Shown here: one piece after another, positions 26,510-42,455 of the stretch | How the letters are laid out: each line of letters opens with the position of its first letter | How positions within the stretch are numbered: the stretch's first letter is position 1 | Source: Octopus vulgaris | Taxonomy: Eukaryota | Direction: 5' to 3' | DNA: 64,000 bases | Assembly: GCA_951406725.2 (NCBI GenBank) | Contig: OX597832.1 | Location: 25,110,001 to 25,174,000 of the forward strand | Made by a program: the position numbers and the translations under genes | The notes under the pieces: generated by a model | Database searches by the model: none | Seen by the model: the letters and a program-made list of their open reading frames with translations, nothing else | What the model was told of the DNA's origin: nothing

Positions 26510-26582
<73 letters not shown>

Positions 26583-26779
26583 CATTATTATTACTAGTAT
26601 TGTTGTTATACATACATACATACAAGCATATGTAATGATAATAATAATAAGTGAATGTAAACACATGAACAAAATAAGAATAAACAAAAACAACAACAAA
26701 AACAAATTACATGAACGTATGTAAACAGAAGATACAAATATTACAAGCATCCTCCAACACACACACACACTAAATAAAC

Positions 26780-27048
26780 ATAGACAAACATAGGGATATA
26801 ACCATGCGCAAATGAAGACATACAATAGAAATACAAAATGGCTGACGGTTAGTAAGGAGAGACACAAATAAGAAAGAAGAAAACAAAGGACCACTGATGC
26901 GGTCACAGGAGTGTGACGAAAGAACTCTGGCCGAAATAAGATTAAGATTAATGTAAAAAAAATAAATAACACTGAAGCAAAGTAACACCAAATATATAGT
27001 GCGTGTGTTTTTATTGGCTAAACTGGCAAAATGACCATTCCGAAATAT

Positions 27049-27050
<2 letters not shown>
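26780..27050 (+). mobile_element. Penelope-like pLTR fragment with hammerhead-like motif (26891-26930)
   Basis: cca-CTGATGc-g-gtcaca-ggag-tgtgac-GAAA-gaac-TC-tgg. A related copy lies at 29700-29815. Confidence 0.5.
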
Positions 27051-27120
<70 letters not shown>

Positions 27121-27669
27121 ATTGTCGTTCAAGAAGCAACGCAGAGTGGAATCGAACCGGGAACCGCGTTGTTGCGAAGCTGATTTCCTAAGCATTCATC
27201 GATACTGCAGTTAAACGCGAGCACTTCATCACACATGTATCGTATTTCGTTGAAACCTGTTGTGATTCAAACACTAATAAGACAAACAAGGCCAGTTCAG
27301 TAGACGTGGATGTGTGATTTGAAACTTGATTCTTGAGCGGATCTGTCAGCTGTTTAACAATGCCTGTGTCAGCTCTCTGACACTCTCAGCGTTGTAATCG
27401 ATAATCAATTAATAACAATGATTGATATCTATGCCTGTGCTGTTAACCACACCCGTAGCGTAGCGTACGGAAGATTTTCTTTCAAGAATCACCTAAAACT
27501 TGTGTGTGTATGTACCTAAACAATCATACATATGCATGTACATACACAGGCACACACACACACATATATGTATATGTGTAAGTATAAATGTATATAGATA
27601 TATATGTGGGTGTGCGTGACTATATATATATATACTCTGACGTAGTTACATATGTATGTATACATGTAC

Positions 27670-27704
<35 letters not shown>

Positions 27705-27818
27705 TATATATGCATATTGTTATATATATGCGTGAGTATATGTGTGTGTATATGTATGCATACATATACATGCATATATATTCATGTATAAATACACATA
27801 TATGCATATATACATATT

Positions 27819-27872
<54 letters not shown>

Positions 27873-28041
27873 TATGTATATATATATATATATATATACA
27901 TATATATATAAATATATATATATGTATATATATATGTATATATATATGTGTATATATATATATATATATTAACACGTATATATGCATATGTGTGTATTCC
28001 TTTGTGAATTTGCATGTATAAATACGTATTTAATTATATAT

Positions 28042-28079
<38 letters not shown>

Positions 28080-28085
28080 CGATAT

Positions 28086-28130
<45 letters not shown>

Positions 28131-28669
28131 AATGCACAATCTGTAATCTTTGTCTTCCGCTCAGTGGTGGGAACCTAGTGTTGTTTGGTAATCATATCCA
28201 TGTTTCATGTTTTATCTTCTCTTTTGTTTAAATGTTTTACTTTTGTCCTTCCATAGTTGAAGTAGACAGATATACCATTTACACTTATTACAAACATTAG
28301 TTATGTAAATACGAACTAAAATGCAAGGGTCTCACATATCAGCTAATGGAAATTAAGTTTATTGTCATTGACTGAAGAGAGGAGAAGCAAAAATGCAATT
28401 TATTTAGTACTAAATGAAACAGAATAAGTTGTGCCTCCATCCATCCATACATACATTACCTCCGCACGCTCTTACTGGGAGGATGGTGCGAACAGAGTCC
28501 TCAGTCCCATCCTTCATAGGGTCCTATTCGAAGCAAACGCTATTAAACATCCCTGGTTGGATTCACAAGCATGGCCAGCAGCCACGATGGACATTATCCA
28601 ACCTGCTGATTTTTCGTCTGCTCCAGGGTCACCATGTCAGTTTGCTCGGCTCCTGAGATATTTTCCTTT

Positions 28670-29062
28670 TCTTCTCTAGGCACAAGGCATGATATTTGTG
28701 GGAAGGAAGCAAGTCGATTAGATCGACTCCAGTACGCAACTGGTATTTGATTTTTCGACCCCGAAGGGATGAAAGGCAAAGTCGACCTCGGCGGAATTCG
28801 AACTCAGAACGTAGCTGCAGACGAAATACCTAATTCTTTACTACCCACCGGGGGCTAAACACAGAGAGGACAAACAAGGACATACAAAGGGATTAAGTTG
28901 AGTAGATCGACCCCAGTGCATAACTGGTACTTAATTTATCGACCCCGAAATGATGAAAGGCAAAGTCGACCTCGGTGGAATTTGATCTCAGAACATAACG
29001 GCAGACGAAATACTGCTAAGCATTTTGTCTGGCGTGCTAACGTTTCTGCCAGCTCGCCGCCT
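28670..29062 (-). mobile_element. Dimeric Meta-like SINE
   Basis: Same two-unit architecture as 14520-14920. Confidence 0.8.
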
Positions 29063-29289
29063 TATATTTATTTCTGTGAGAGAAAAATTTTATTTAACAT
29101 CGTTCCGTTAATTTTCGCTTGGTTTACCTATTAACTCGCTTGACTTATTTTCCTTCATCTGTTTTTTGGTCAATGCTTCATATATATATTTTTTCATATC
29201 ATTAGGATTATTTTATATATATGTAGTTTTATATATTTTTACATTGTCGACTTCTAATCGGTTGAAATATATTCACTATGCCTTGGGAC

Positions 29290-30080
29290 AACATTGGTAT
29301 AGAGATCTTATGCTGGCAAGGAAACGTGAGAGATTATAGATTATTACACTCTAGTCACACTTGTATAAAATTTAAACTATTAGATATCGGTTTTTATAGG
29401 GACCATTGGTTAACACTTTATCCTCGTTCCAATGGCAATTACTTAGATAACGCTTAGAGGAGATTTCATTTGTAAGGTCAACCATTCAACGAAATAATTA
29501 TGTACGTACATTTTTAGCGGTGGTTTTTGAACTGAAGTGGTCCGTTATCAAGCTTACAAAACGCCGAATCAAGATCTGATTATCGATAATAATTCACACA
29601 CCGAGATAAAGACGCCAACGCATGCACAGATAAGGATATACACCATAGAAAGATATAATGGATTAAACAGAACAGGGAGAGACACGTGAGATGGAAGATT
29701 CGCTGAAGAGGTCACAGGTGTGGATGAAAGATTTTCGTACAATGGACATAAGATAAAATAAGAACAATAATAAACGAGTGAAGAACAAATATACAGTGCG
29801 TGTGTTTATTTGGCAAGTATATATCTTGATATATTTGGCAAGTATATATCCTGATATATAACAATTCTTCAGATAATTTTATAGAAAGAAATGATTATTA
29901 ATACAAGAAAAAAATCAGAGTGTTATGTGAAAATTTGACCCCATACTGTAGGGATAGCTTACCAAAAAAATATTTAAAATAATACCAGATTTTGTATAAA
30001 CATCCTCAAGCTTTAAACATAAATAGAAAATGTGATACAGTTTGATCTAAAGTCCACTAATTCGTTAAATGTTATAAATG
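29290..30080 (+). pseudogene. Decayed Penelope-like reverse transcriptase
   Basis: SYAGKET*EII resembles GSYDGAEVCELV, and DIGFYRDHWL resembles GLYRDDGL (PLE RT motifs). Many stops are present. Confidence 0.45.
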
Positions 30081-30418
30081 GATAACGTCAGACATCTTGA
30101 ATATTTATCTTGATGTGCATATCATTATCGAACAACCAATGATAAGTTATATTTTGATAGAAAGAATGTCAAGATTAGTTATAGCGGTTCAATAAGATTA
30201 GAAATTATTTAATTACTAAATCTCTGTGAAGAAGTATAGTTAATTGGAGGTTTTAATTTCCTAATTGAATGCATATATTCAATTAACAGTTACAGTAAAA
30301 TTAATCTAGCCATTGATAGAGCCAGTATATCTTCCATTTTGTAGGACTTCGTGCAAACTACATTCTCATGACAAAAGTGAGTCTAAGCACTGCAACCTCA
30401 ATATTTCACTTCCCTCTA

Positions 30419-30519
<101 letters not shown>

Positions 30520-30571
30520 CTCTGTCTGTCTGTCTTTCTATTTGTCCGTCTGTCTGTTTCCTCTCTCTCTT

Positions 30572-30606
<35 letters not shown>

Positions 30607-30701
30607 ATGTGTGTGTGTGTCTGACGAACGGGAACGTGAAACTCTGAGAGCAGTTTATTGTGATATATTTGTGATGGTTTTGCAGCTTTAATACCAATAA
30701 A

Positions 30702-30761
<60 letters not shown>

Positions 30762-31464
30762 GTATCTATGTATCTATTTATACACGTATACGCATACTCA
30801 TTTATATATGAACATTCACGCATACATATACAGTATATGTATTTATTCATATTCATAATACATACACACACATACAAATACAGACACATATATACACAAG
30901 CATAGATACATACATACCTATGTATAATTGCAAATCTCATGTTTTCGATGGTTCAATGTCTCTCTAAAAGAAAGAAATCTTACGGAGAACCTATCAATTG
31001 TCATTAAGCATTAACTAATTAGAACGCTCCATATTTCTTTCCTTCATTAATATTTCCTTTAGGTTCAACTACAAAAGTCTGAACCTGATTTGTGTCAATG
31101 TTTCGAAGTTCTTTGGTGCAAAGTATTCCAGAAATATATTAATTTTTTTTATATTTGCTAAGAATCTGGAAAAAAAAGATATTCCGAAAACAGATAATAA
31201 ATTTCAGAAGTTAACAAAGAGATAAAAATAATTTATAAATCAATTATATTGTTCATAAATAATTTCAGATCAGATAAAGAGCGAGGCGAATGTACAGATG
31301 TGTGTGTATAAGTGTGTGTGCGTGTGTGCTTGCATGCGTGCGTACGTTTGTGTGTGTGAGTGTGTGTGTGTGAGTGTGTCCTTATGCATATTCAGTCGGA
31401 AAGAAAGTCCTATCGCATTTCGTGATGCCAAAGATATATTTGCTTCTTGGCTCTTAACTGGTAT

Positions 31465-32065
31465 ATTTAATAAAGATAATATTTCCTTCTCATTATTGAT
31501 AACATGATCTCATCTGTTTAGCAAATTATCGAACCCTTGGGCTTAAAATTCCTCAGGTTTCGAAGCAAAGATACTGGTAATAAGATTTTTTAACATTTTC
31601 TAAATTATTAGATTGTTTCTCCTCTAAATAACTTTAACACTATCTGAAAAGATAATGGCCAGATGGAGTAAGATCGGGGGAGAGTTACAATAAGGAGGCA
31701 AAACTTCCATATTAAGTATCATGATCTTTTCCTCAGAGATTGGGGTAATTTGTGTCTTGAATAATCGTCTAAGAAACACCCTTATACGAATGACAAATGA
31801 CAGGCGCTGTTCGTGCAGATTTTAGCGCAATAAACTACAACACGAAAGTACTTCTCCACATTAAATGTTTTGTTTTGGTTAACTCTTCATGATAGACATC
31901 ATCCTTCAAATCTCACCAAGCGTAGAACATGGCTGTTTTCGAGTGTAGTCCTAGCTCGGGTATGCATTCTTCGTTTTCATTAGTTGGTAACTATTGGTGT
32001 TTTCGTTCTACATTTTTATAGAGAAACCACTTTTCATCACTTGTGAGTATTCTATCTAGGAAAGG
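31465..32065 (-). pseudogene. Mariner transposase remnant (catalytic domain)
   Basis: LDRILTSDEKWFLYKN, GLHSK..M..W.DLK, SPDLTPS.HYLFR and NR*DHVINNEG motifs, with stops and frameshifts. Confidence 0.75.
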
Positions 32066-33096
32066 TTCGGTAGCAAGCCTGTCCTTCAATGACGAGTCGA
32101 AGATAAAGCTTTGATTAAGCTGAAAAAACAGGCAAATGATGAAGAACCAACAGAACAAGTTTTTCTAAAGGCATGGTCTTTCTATCTCTGTCGAGAAGGA
32201 CAACAATTCTATTATCTTCTTAGACTTTAACTTTAATTTAACAACCGGATTCATGAACCTTTCAGAAAACCTAATTCTAATTTAAGCTCTATTAACTTCC
32301 AATGTAACCATCCATGATCAATTAAAACCGCATTAGCCTCCAACTAACCTATTTATCCTCTAATGAAGATGTATTTAATATACATGCGAACCACTGCAAC
32401 ACAGCTCGAAGAAACGCTGAATATAGGGATAAAACAAAATACTATCAACTTAATAATAATGATAATAATAATAATCCTTACTGTTATAGGCACAAGGGCC
32501 GAAATGTGTAGGTAGGAGGTAAGTCGATCACATCGACCCCAGTACTTGACTGGTAATTAAGTTAACGACCCCGAAAAGATGGAAGGCAAAGTCGACTTCG
32601 GCGGAATTTGAACTCAGAACGTAAAAATAGAGAAAGATCGTTAAGAATTTCGCCCAGCGTGCTAACGACTCTACTAAGCCGTTATATATAATATAAAATC
32701 ATAAATAGTCACTGAATTATTGAAACGGCTGTAAAGCATTTTTAAAGACTCTCTTCTTCATTATATTTAAGTTTATGTAACATCTTTATGATAAAAGTTT
32801 TGATGCTGTACATAATTGCTTGTACAAAGTCTGCACAAATTGGCTCAAAAGACTTTAGAGAATCATGCGTTTGCGAAGTGGACGTTTTAAGCACTACGCT
32901 TATTTGTTTGCGTGTGGCTTACAAGTAACAGTATGAAAAATTAAACACACGCAACCAAACAAGAACACACATTCACAGACGCACATACACACACACGCAT
33001 ATATATATGCATACAAATGTACATATACATTTAATTACATATACATTCACATATATATATGTATATATATACATACATATATATATAAGCACAGGA

Positions 33097-33158
<62 letters not shown>

Positions 33159-33201
33159 TAAGTATAGGGAGATATATATAAGCAAAGAGAAAGCTAGTCA
33201 C

Positions 33202-33289
<88 letters not shown>

Positions 33290-33889
33290 GGGTAGGTAGA
33301 GAGAGAGAGAGAGAGAAAGACAGAGAAAGACAGAGTGAGGTTTGCTAGAGAGGGAGATATACATATATATTGGAATTAATCCTATATATTTGCAGAAGGA
33401 AATATGAGAAATATTTGCGTCTTGAAAATATCCTTTACTGAAATCGTGCAAGACTATTGGCACGGTGCCTAGGTTTTTGAAGTGTTTGGTCGAAGAATTC
33501 CGCCCCCAACCCCTTTCTTCACCTCCTTTCCTCCACCATCAGCAAAATATTTCGGTACAAACATACTTCCCAGTTTCACTACTTCTCGAAACCTACGTTG
33601 TTCTAACTAGCAGCACTAAAGTTAAGAATTATTAGTAACAAGAACAACGACATCATCATCATCAACAGCGGTAGCAGCAACAGCAGCAGCAGCAATGGCA
33701 ATGGCAATAACAACAACGACAACAATGACATCAGGAACAATAACAAGACAGTAACAATGACATCAACAACATAAATAATAACATGCACTACCACCACCAC
33801 CACCACCACCACTACAACTACTACTACTACTACCACCACCACCACCACCACCACCATCACTACTACTACTACTACTACTACTGCTGCTG

Positions 33890-33938
<49 letters not shown>

Positions 33939-34346
33939 CATTATTATTGTTCTTGTTGCTGATCTTATTTTTATTTATCATTTCATTATATGTAAACCCC
34001 CGCACATTATGTCTGCCTGCGTATTGTTCCCCCTCATCATTCGCCCTTGCGGCAAATAAATGAAAACATTATTATCATCATCATCATCATCATCATCGTC
34101 ATAATCATCATCACCACATCGCCATATCCATCCTGTCCCCGCATTCATCCTCGTCCTCATCAATTGATCGTCGGTAGTGGGATTTGCTACACTTACGCGT
34201 GCGCACACACACACACACACACATTTATATATACACAGATATGTATATGTGTCTACATATATATATATATATATGTATATATATGCATATATGTATATAT
34301 ATATGTATATGTACGTATGTATCTATATATATATATATATATATAG

Positions 34347-34386
<40 letters not shown>

Positions 34387-35079
34387 GTATATATATGTAT
34401 ATATATATATATATGTTCATGTAGCTATATGTATGTATGTATGTATGTATGTATGGATGGATGGATGGATGTATGTAAGCATTATGTATGTATGTAAGCA
34501 CTATGTATGTATGTATGTATGTATGTATGTATGTAGTCTTGAAAGTGCCTCTGAAGCTTTCAAGCTCTAAGAACCTCGCCGCTGCTAAATCACTAAGTGT
34601 GAAGAATCAACAGAATTCCAAAATCAAACTCGTATCTTTGGAATCTTTGAAGAACATCGCTGGAAGCAAACATCATTACAGATTCTGTGATTTTTATCCT
34701 GACAATTTCCATTTTCTTTTATTTTCATTTATCTTTCTTTGAAGCAAGATAGATTCCATTGTTAATGTTGTTTCCTTGTTGTTTACAATATTTTTTGTTG
34801 ATTTTTAATTTTTTTTTATTTTTCTCGGCCCTTTCATGGTTGCGAAAATATAACCTATTTTTATTATTCTTCGGTAGTTTTGATATTTTTAGCTTATTTT
34901 ATGATTTAGGTTTTATTTATTTGTTATTTTCTGTATTTGATTCAGGCATTAATTGCGGCCATGCTGGTGTACTGGCTAGAAGGCAGTACACCATTTGCAT
35001 ATATATATACACGTCTGTATGTATATACACACGCACACACAAACACTTACAAACACACGCATACACACACATATATTGT

Positions 35080-35352
35080 ACTTGTAAATTCGAACTGGCT
35101 TTCTCCTCTCTGGTTTTTAGAAGCCTAATTTCCCAAGATTGGTATTTAGGCAGTGTGTTACATATCCCCGGGGCCCAATAATTACAGGTATAAACTTGAA
35201 CTTTTAATCTAGATAGAGTAACAGCAGATTTCTCAATAGTTCAGCATAGGTGTTCTCTTTTTCACTGATCTTCAGGTTTATGTTAACATCCGCTGGGCAG
35301 CTAATTTCCACAACTGTGGACAGTTACTCTACTCTATCCCAAATTATTATAT
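35080..35352 (-). pseudogene. R4/Dong-type RLE endonuclease fragment
   Basis: DIIIWD...VVEISCPADVNINLKISEKENTYAEL...FIPVIIG. Confidence 0.7.
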
Positions 35353-35449
35353 CAGCTATGTATGTATACTTATTTAAACACACGAGTCTCTTCAACACAG
35401 TTTTTGTATTTTCATCTACCAAATCCACTCACAAAGCTTCAGTTGTTCC

Positions 35450-35740
35450 TTCTGGAGCCATGCCTAGCTCATAAGGACAGGTTTCCCGGTTTCCTTGACG
35501 TATAAGTTCCCCACCTGGACGGGACGCCGATCCGTCGCAGGTGAGCTGCAAGATGCAGGAGGAAAGAGTGAGAGAGAGTTGTGGCGAAAGAGTCAGCATG
35601 AAGTTCACCATTACCTTCTGTCGGAGCCGCGTGGAGCTTAGGTGTTTCGCTCATAAACACGCACATTGCACGGTCTGAGATTCGAATCCGCGATCCTTCG
35701 ACCGCGAGTCCGCTGCTCTAACCACTAGACTATATGCCTC
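35450..35740 (-). mobile_element. tRNA(Arg)-like SINE
   Basis: Same family as 13523-13817. Confidence 0.85.
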
Positions 35741-36178
35741 CCCTCTGCCTATAGTAGAACACACATTTTTAAGCTGTCATTCGGTGGAACTGAACCCGAA
35801 ACCAAATGGTTGCGAAGCGAACTTCTTAACCTCATACTCATGCCTTCGCCGAATTGTCTGAAAGAAAACAAACTAATGATTTCTTTAACTGGTCACGAGG
35901 GTCTAAGACACTAAGAGCAGTATCAAAGGGCGAAATGCAGAGAGCAACGAGGACGGATAGACCAAGCTCGTGTGCCAAAATGATTAATTTCGCAAAGATC
36001 CTTGAAACTGCGAGAGTTATTGTCATATGGTCCCTGTAAACGTTTCCTTCTTTATTCCAGGAACAACTTTAATACGTTCCTGTCAAATAAGGGAACGAGA
36101 GACAACTGAGGACGACCCTATCAGGGACTCAGTTGACCGATTTTTCTACTGTTGCTGTTGCTTCTGCTACTGCTACTG

Positions 36179-36250
<72 letters not shown>

Positions 36251-36357
36251 TAAACAATAATAGGGTGATATGTTGTAAATAAGGTATACACACACAGACA
36301 GACACACACACACATATATGTATTTATACAGCTGTACGTGTTCACATATATGTATTC

Positions 36358-36412
<55 letters not shown>

Positions 36413-36491
36413 TTGCTATGTATATGTGTGTACATATGCGCATGCATATTCGCACACATGAGTATACATATAATCATGTTCACGCACACGT

Positions 36492-36544
<53 letters not shown>

Positions 36545-36987
36545 GATGAATATATATATATATATATATACATACACACACATTTATACACACACATATA
36601 TGCCTGAATATACTTACGTTCGTATACGCCAGGCACGCACTCTCCTTTCTCCACAGATATATGCAAGATTGTCTGAGTGTGTCTGTATATATAAACAATA
36701 TTGGACACATAACTGTGTCCAATAACCGAACAAACGGTCAATAATTTTTGATGGAGGTCATTTCTTTTGGTGACCACGTATCTGTAATTTGGCAGTAAAA
36801 TTGCTGATATATTCCTGAAAGAGTCTTGGGAAATTTGGTAATGTAACAGACTAAAGTTATGTTGGAGAATTTAACGGTAAAAATGACAGTGATTTAGAGA
36901 AGGCATTTTTATTTTAGCGTAAAAGGTTTAGGTTGAATAAATACAAATGATGAGAGTATTGTTTTGCAGATTTGGCTAGAGACCACG

Positions 36988-37019
<32 letters not shown>

Positions 37020-37159
37020 TGTATGTATGTATGTATGTATGTATGTATGTACTTATGTATGTATGTATGTATGTATGTATGTATGTATGTATGTATGTAT
37101 GTATGTATGTATATATGTATGTATGTATTTATGTATGTATGTATGTATGAATGATTCTA

Positions 37160-38232
37160 TGTACGTGTTCATGTCACTATTTAGTTTCACGATTTCTTGC
37201 CAATAGAGAAAGAACCGGTTTCTAACCTAGATCCGAGGCTCCGTCATTGAAATTTGAACGACCTCAACGGCGTATTTGTGCATGTGTGTGTTTATATGTG
37301 CAGTATTTGAAGTCAGTACATTTGTATGTTTTGTTTTATGTATGTATTTCCATGCATATAGTTGCATGTCCTGACATTCACGTATATATTTAAATGATAA
37401 ATTTAAATATATACGTGAAGTTTTACCGTTTTTACAGTTCCATTGAAGAATTGGATGAGAAGTCTTCGAGTCAGCTTTCTCCATTCTGGTTTTGAGAAGC
37501 CTAATTTCTCAAGGGAGGCACATGGCCTACTGGTTAGAGCGGTCGAAGGATCGCGGGTTCCAATCTCATACCGGGCGATGTGTGTGTTTATGAGCGAAAC
37601 ACCTAAGCTCCACGCGGCTCCGGCAGAAGGTGATGGCGAACTTCTGCTGACTCTTTCGCCACAACTTGTGGAGGCCCGTGGCTTTGTGGTTAGGGTGTTG
37701 AACTCATGATCGTAAGGTTGTAGTTTCGATTCCTGGACCGGGCGATGCGTTATGCTCTTGAACAAAACACTTCATTTTCACGTTGCTCCAGTCCACTCAG
37801 CTGGCAAAAATGAGTAATCCTGCGACGGACCGGCGTCCCGTCTAAGTGAGGAATTTCTACGCCACTGAAACCGGGAAACCGGCCCTTATGAGCCTGGCAT
37901 GGCTCGAGAAGGAACATTTTCCTGCGACGGACCGGCGTCCTGTCCACGTGGGGAATTTCTACGCCACTGAAACCAGGAAACCGACCCTTATGAGCCTGGC
38001 ATGGCTCGAGAAGGAACATTTATTTTTTTATTTATTTAATTTCTCAAGGCGCGTACGTAAACATTGTGCTACATAACCCAGGGCGCCATTAATTATATGT
38101 ACAAACCTGGACTTGTAATCTGGATAAAGTAACTGCAGATTTTTCAATAGTTGAGCTTTATGTTAAGATCCGCTGGGCAGCTAATTTCTTCAACTGTACA
38201 CAGTTTTTCTTCTCTATCCCAAATCATTATAT
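37160..38232 (-). mobile_element. R4/Dong-type 3' end (RLE plus 3'UTR) interrupted by a nested SINE pair
   Basis: Homologous to 35080-35352 (EISCPAD motif at ~38170-38190). It continues at 37467-37510 as LGFSKPEWRKL, and the 3'UTR runs into (CATA)n. Confidence 0.65.
37514..38036 (+). mobile_element. SINE with a second SINE nested inside it, 13 bp TSD
   Basis: TSD taatttctcaagg at 37502-37514 and 38037-38049. Two tRNA heads (37514, 37670) and two copies of the shared tail. Confidence 0.8.
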
Positions 38233-39567
38233 ATACATGTAATATTTTGGACTAATGTATATCTGTCAATGATTGTTTTGAATAAAGCATGTTCACAGAT
38301 TGGGCTACCTTGACACAGCTTCCCACCCATAGAGGACAGTCGCGGGGGTGAGGGTTCGCAACGATCGTCGTACTGAATAAAACGAAATGCCAAATCTATC
38401 TTCCGTTTCCTTCATCAATGGCCATTATTAATGCGGGTGTGTGCGAGCGTATGCGTGTCGCGCGTGCATATATATGCGTTTAGGTTACCGTGGTCTTTTT
38501 CGTAGGCTTTTCTTTCCACGGATAAACCTTATCTGTTTCCCCTCTTTACACTTTACATCATGACATTTCTGTGATACACGATGCCTATTGATCGTTTTTA
38601 TTTTTACGATCCCTTTTAATCGAAAACCCCTTTTTTTTCTTCCCAAAAAGAAAAGCTCAACTTTGTAATTTGTCCCCTCTGTGATCAGCCCTGTGTGGCT
38701 AATATAGAAACATATCTCGGGGTGCGTTATCTCATTCGGTCTGAGATATTCAGAGATTTTTAACACCCGGCTGTCATGAAGGGGTGTTTTCCAGGGCGTT
38801 CACCCACAGCTATGGGTGTATGAATAAAACACACTATCTACGTCACCAGGATGATATTTACATTATTAAACCTGCTGTTAATGCAAAATTTAAGATATAG
38901 ATATGTGTATATATAGTTAAGTATACATTAATGTATAAAGAAAGAAGCTTTTTACGCAAATGTGTCTGTGTGTGTTTGTGTGTATGTGTGTGCGTGTTTA
39001 GGCTTGTTTTTATGTATATTTTCATAGAAAACAGTGAAACATTAGATTAAAATGCTACTTTATGTCGTTTGCAGGTTCTATTTTCTTTCTACAAAGAAAA
39101 GATTAGCTGTTACTTCGATGTTCTGCTTTGGTAGTCTTTACCAGTCTGGTGAATGCTGTTGTGTATGAAATGTCTATTGTGTATGTGTGTGAATGTGGTG
39201 TGAGGGAGAGAGAAGGATAGAGAGGGACAGAGAGGGAGGAACAAAGAGAGAAAATAATTGTGTGTGTGCGAGAGAGAGAAAAAGACAGAGAGAAACAAAG
39301 AGAGAGAATGATTGTGCGTGTGCGAGAGAGAGAAAAAGACAGTGCGGGCATGTGAGAGAGAGACACTGTGAGCGTGTGAGAGAGAGAGAGAGTGTGTGTG
39401 TGTTTGTATGTGTTCGCGCGCGCGTGTGTGTGCGTATGTGCGTGTGTGTGTGTGTGTGCACGTGTGCGTGTGTGTGTGCACGTGTGCGTGTGCGTGTGCA
39501 CGTGTGCGTGTGTGTATGTAAATAATAAGAGAGAAAAACAAACACACAGATGGATAGAGAGAGAGAC

Positions 39568-39614
<47 letters not shown>

Positions 39615-39676
39615 GATAGAGATAGATAGAGAGAGAGAGAGATTGATAGATAGATAGACAGATAGCTATGTAGATT

Positions 39677-39742
<66 letters not shown>

Positions 39743-40338
39743 TAGATATTGAAGGATTGATTAAGCGATCAATATCACAGCTTTTATTCGAAATATATAT
39801 ATTATGAGTATTGATAAACAAATTTCTTTACAGAGTCAGCGGACCTTAACGCGGTCACGGCCCATTGAGTAAACGTGACAAGTGCTCACAGATGGTCAAT
39901 TACACGAAATCCTACAGAAGAAACCAACCACTAATAGCCAGGTCCTTATATCTTGTTAGAGAGATACTCAGCCAGACCATGATGAAGTCTACTTTTGTTG
40001 TTGTTGTTGTTCTTGTTATTGTTGTTGTTTTATTGATGTTGTTTTGGGGTTGTTTGCTGTTGTAGTTGTTGCTTGTGGTGTAATGGTTGTCGTTGTCGTT
40101 GTTGTCGTTGTTGTTGGCGTTAATATTCCTTATATATGTCATATTCTCCAGATAGATGAGACATAGGTAGATCTATAACTATCACGTTGATAAAATATTA
40201 GTTTTACCGATGTTTGTAATGGTTCGTGTATTAATGGTTGTATATAGGTAGTACACCTGTCCGACTACTGTTTATTACAGGTGTACGTACGTACGCATAT
40301 GTGCGCATGCATGCTTCTGTGTTTGTTCAGGCGTTACG

Positions 40339-40387
<49 letters not shown>

Positions 40388-40452
40388 CATTATTGCATTG
40401 CATGCGGTTGCAACACCATATGTGTTTGTTCAGGCATATAGTTACGTACGTG

Positions 40453-40604
<152 letters not shown>

Positions 40605-40704
40605 AGCGTAGGTGTGGCTCTGTGGTAAGTAGCTTGCTAACGAACCACATGCTTCCGAGTTCAGTCCCACTGTGTGGCAACTTGGGCAGGTGTCTTCTAA
40701 AATA

Positions 40705-41747
<1,043 letters not shown>

Positions 41748-41754
41748 ATATATA

Positions 41755-41956
41755 TACTTTATTTTAAGCAGCAGTTTTAGTTCTCGTTGCCGTTCATCAG
41801 ACAGTTTTTGCTAGAAATACTGTCTGATGAACGCAACGAGAAACTCAGAGTACAGATTTTGTTGAATTTTCTGCTGCTTAAAATAAAGCATATTACTCTA
41901 CCACTGGTATTTGAGTACTCTTTTTTCCACCTTGTTTCACATTTATGTGTTTACCC

Positions 41957-41957
<1 letters not shown>
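41755..41957. mobile_element. Inverted Penelope-like pLTR pair with hammerhead motif
   Basis: ttctcgttgccgttcatcagacagt (41781-41805) is inverted against actgtCTGATGAacgcaacgaGAAActcagagTAcag (41819-41855). Outer inverted arms are tttattttaagcagcag / ctgctgcttaaaataaag. Confidence 0.65.
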
Positions 41958-42017
<60 letters not shown>

Positions 42018-42399
42018 TATATTTATATTAATATACAAGTATATAATTATATGTGTGTGGGCGCGTGTGTATGATACCTACAACTTGCCAAGGATGATGA
42101 TGGTGATGATGACGACGACGATGATGTTGTTGATCTTGATGATGGTGGCGATGGAGATAATCGAAATTGAGAAGTTGATTATATGGAAAATTGAAAGAAC
42201 TGGAAGAGAATATATCGATGAAGATTAAGTTAATGCTGGTATTCTCTGACGATATACGTCGCGGTGAACTTCTATAATCCCCTCATATACATATATGCAT
42301 ATTACACATACTTATACATAAGTATATAAACATATATATATATATATATATATATTTAGATAGTTAGATAGATATACATATATGCACACATATATAAAC

Positions 42400-42455
<56 letters not shown>

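Noticed and set aside
32352-32433. Degenerate hammerhead-like motif (ctaatga...gaaa with tttatcct/gggataaa arms)
   Set aside because: Core is mutated and stems II/III are unconvincing
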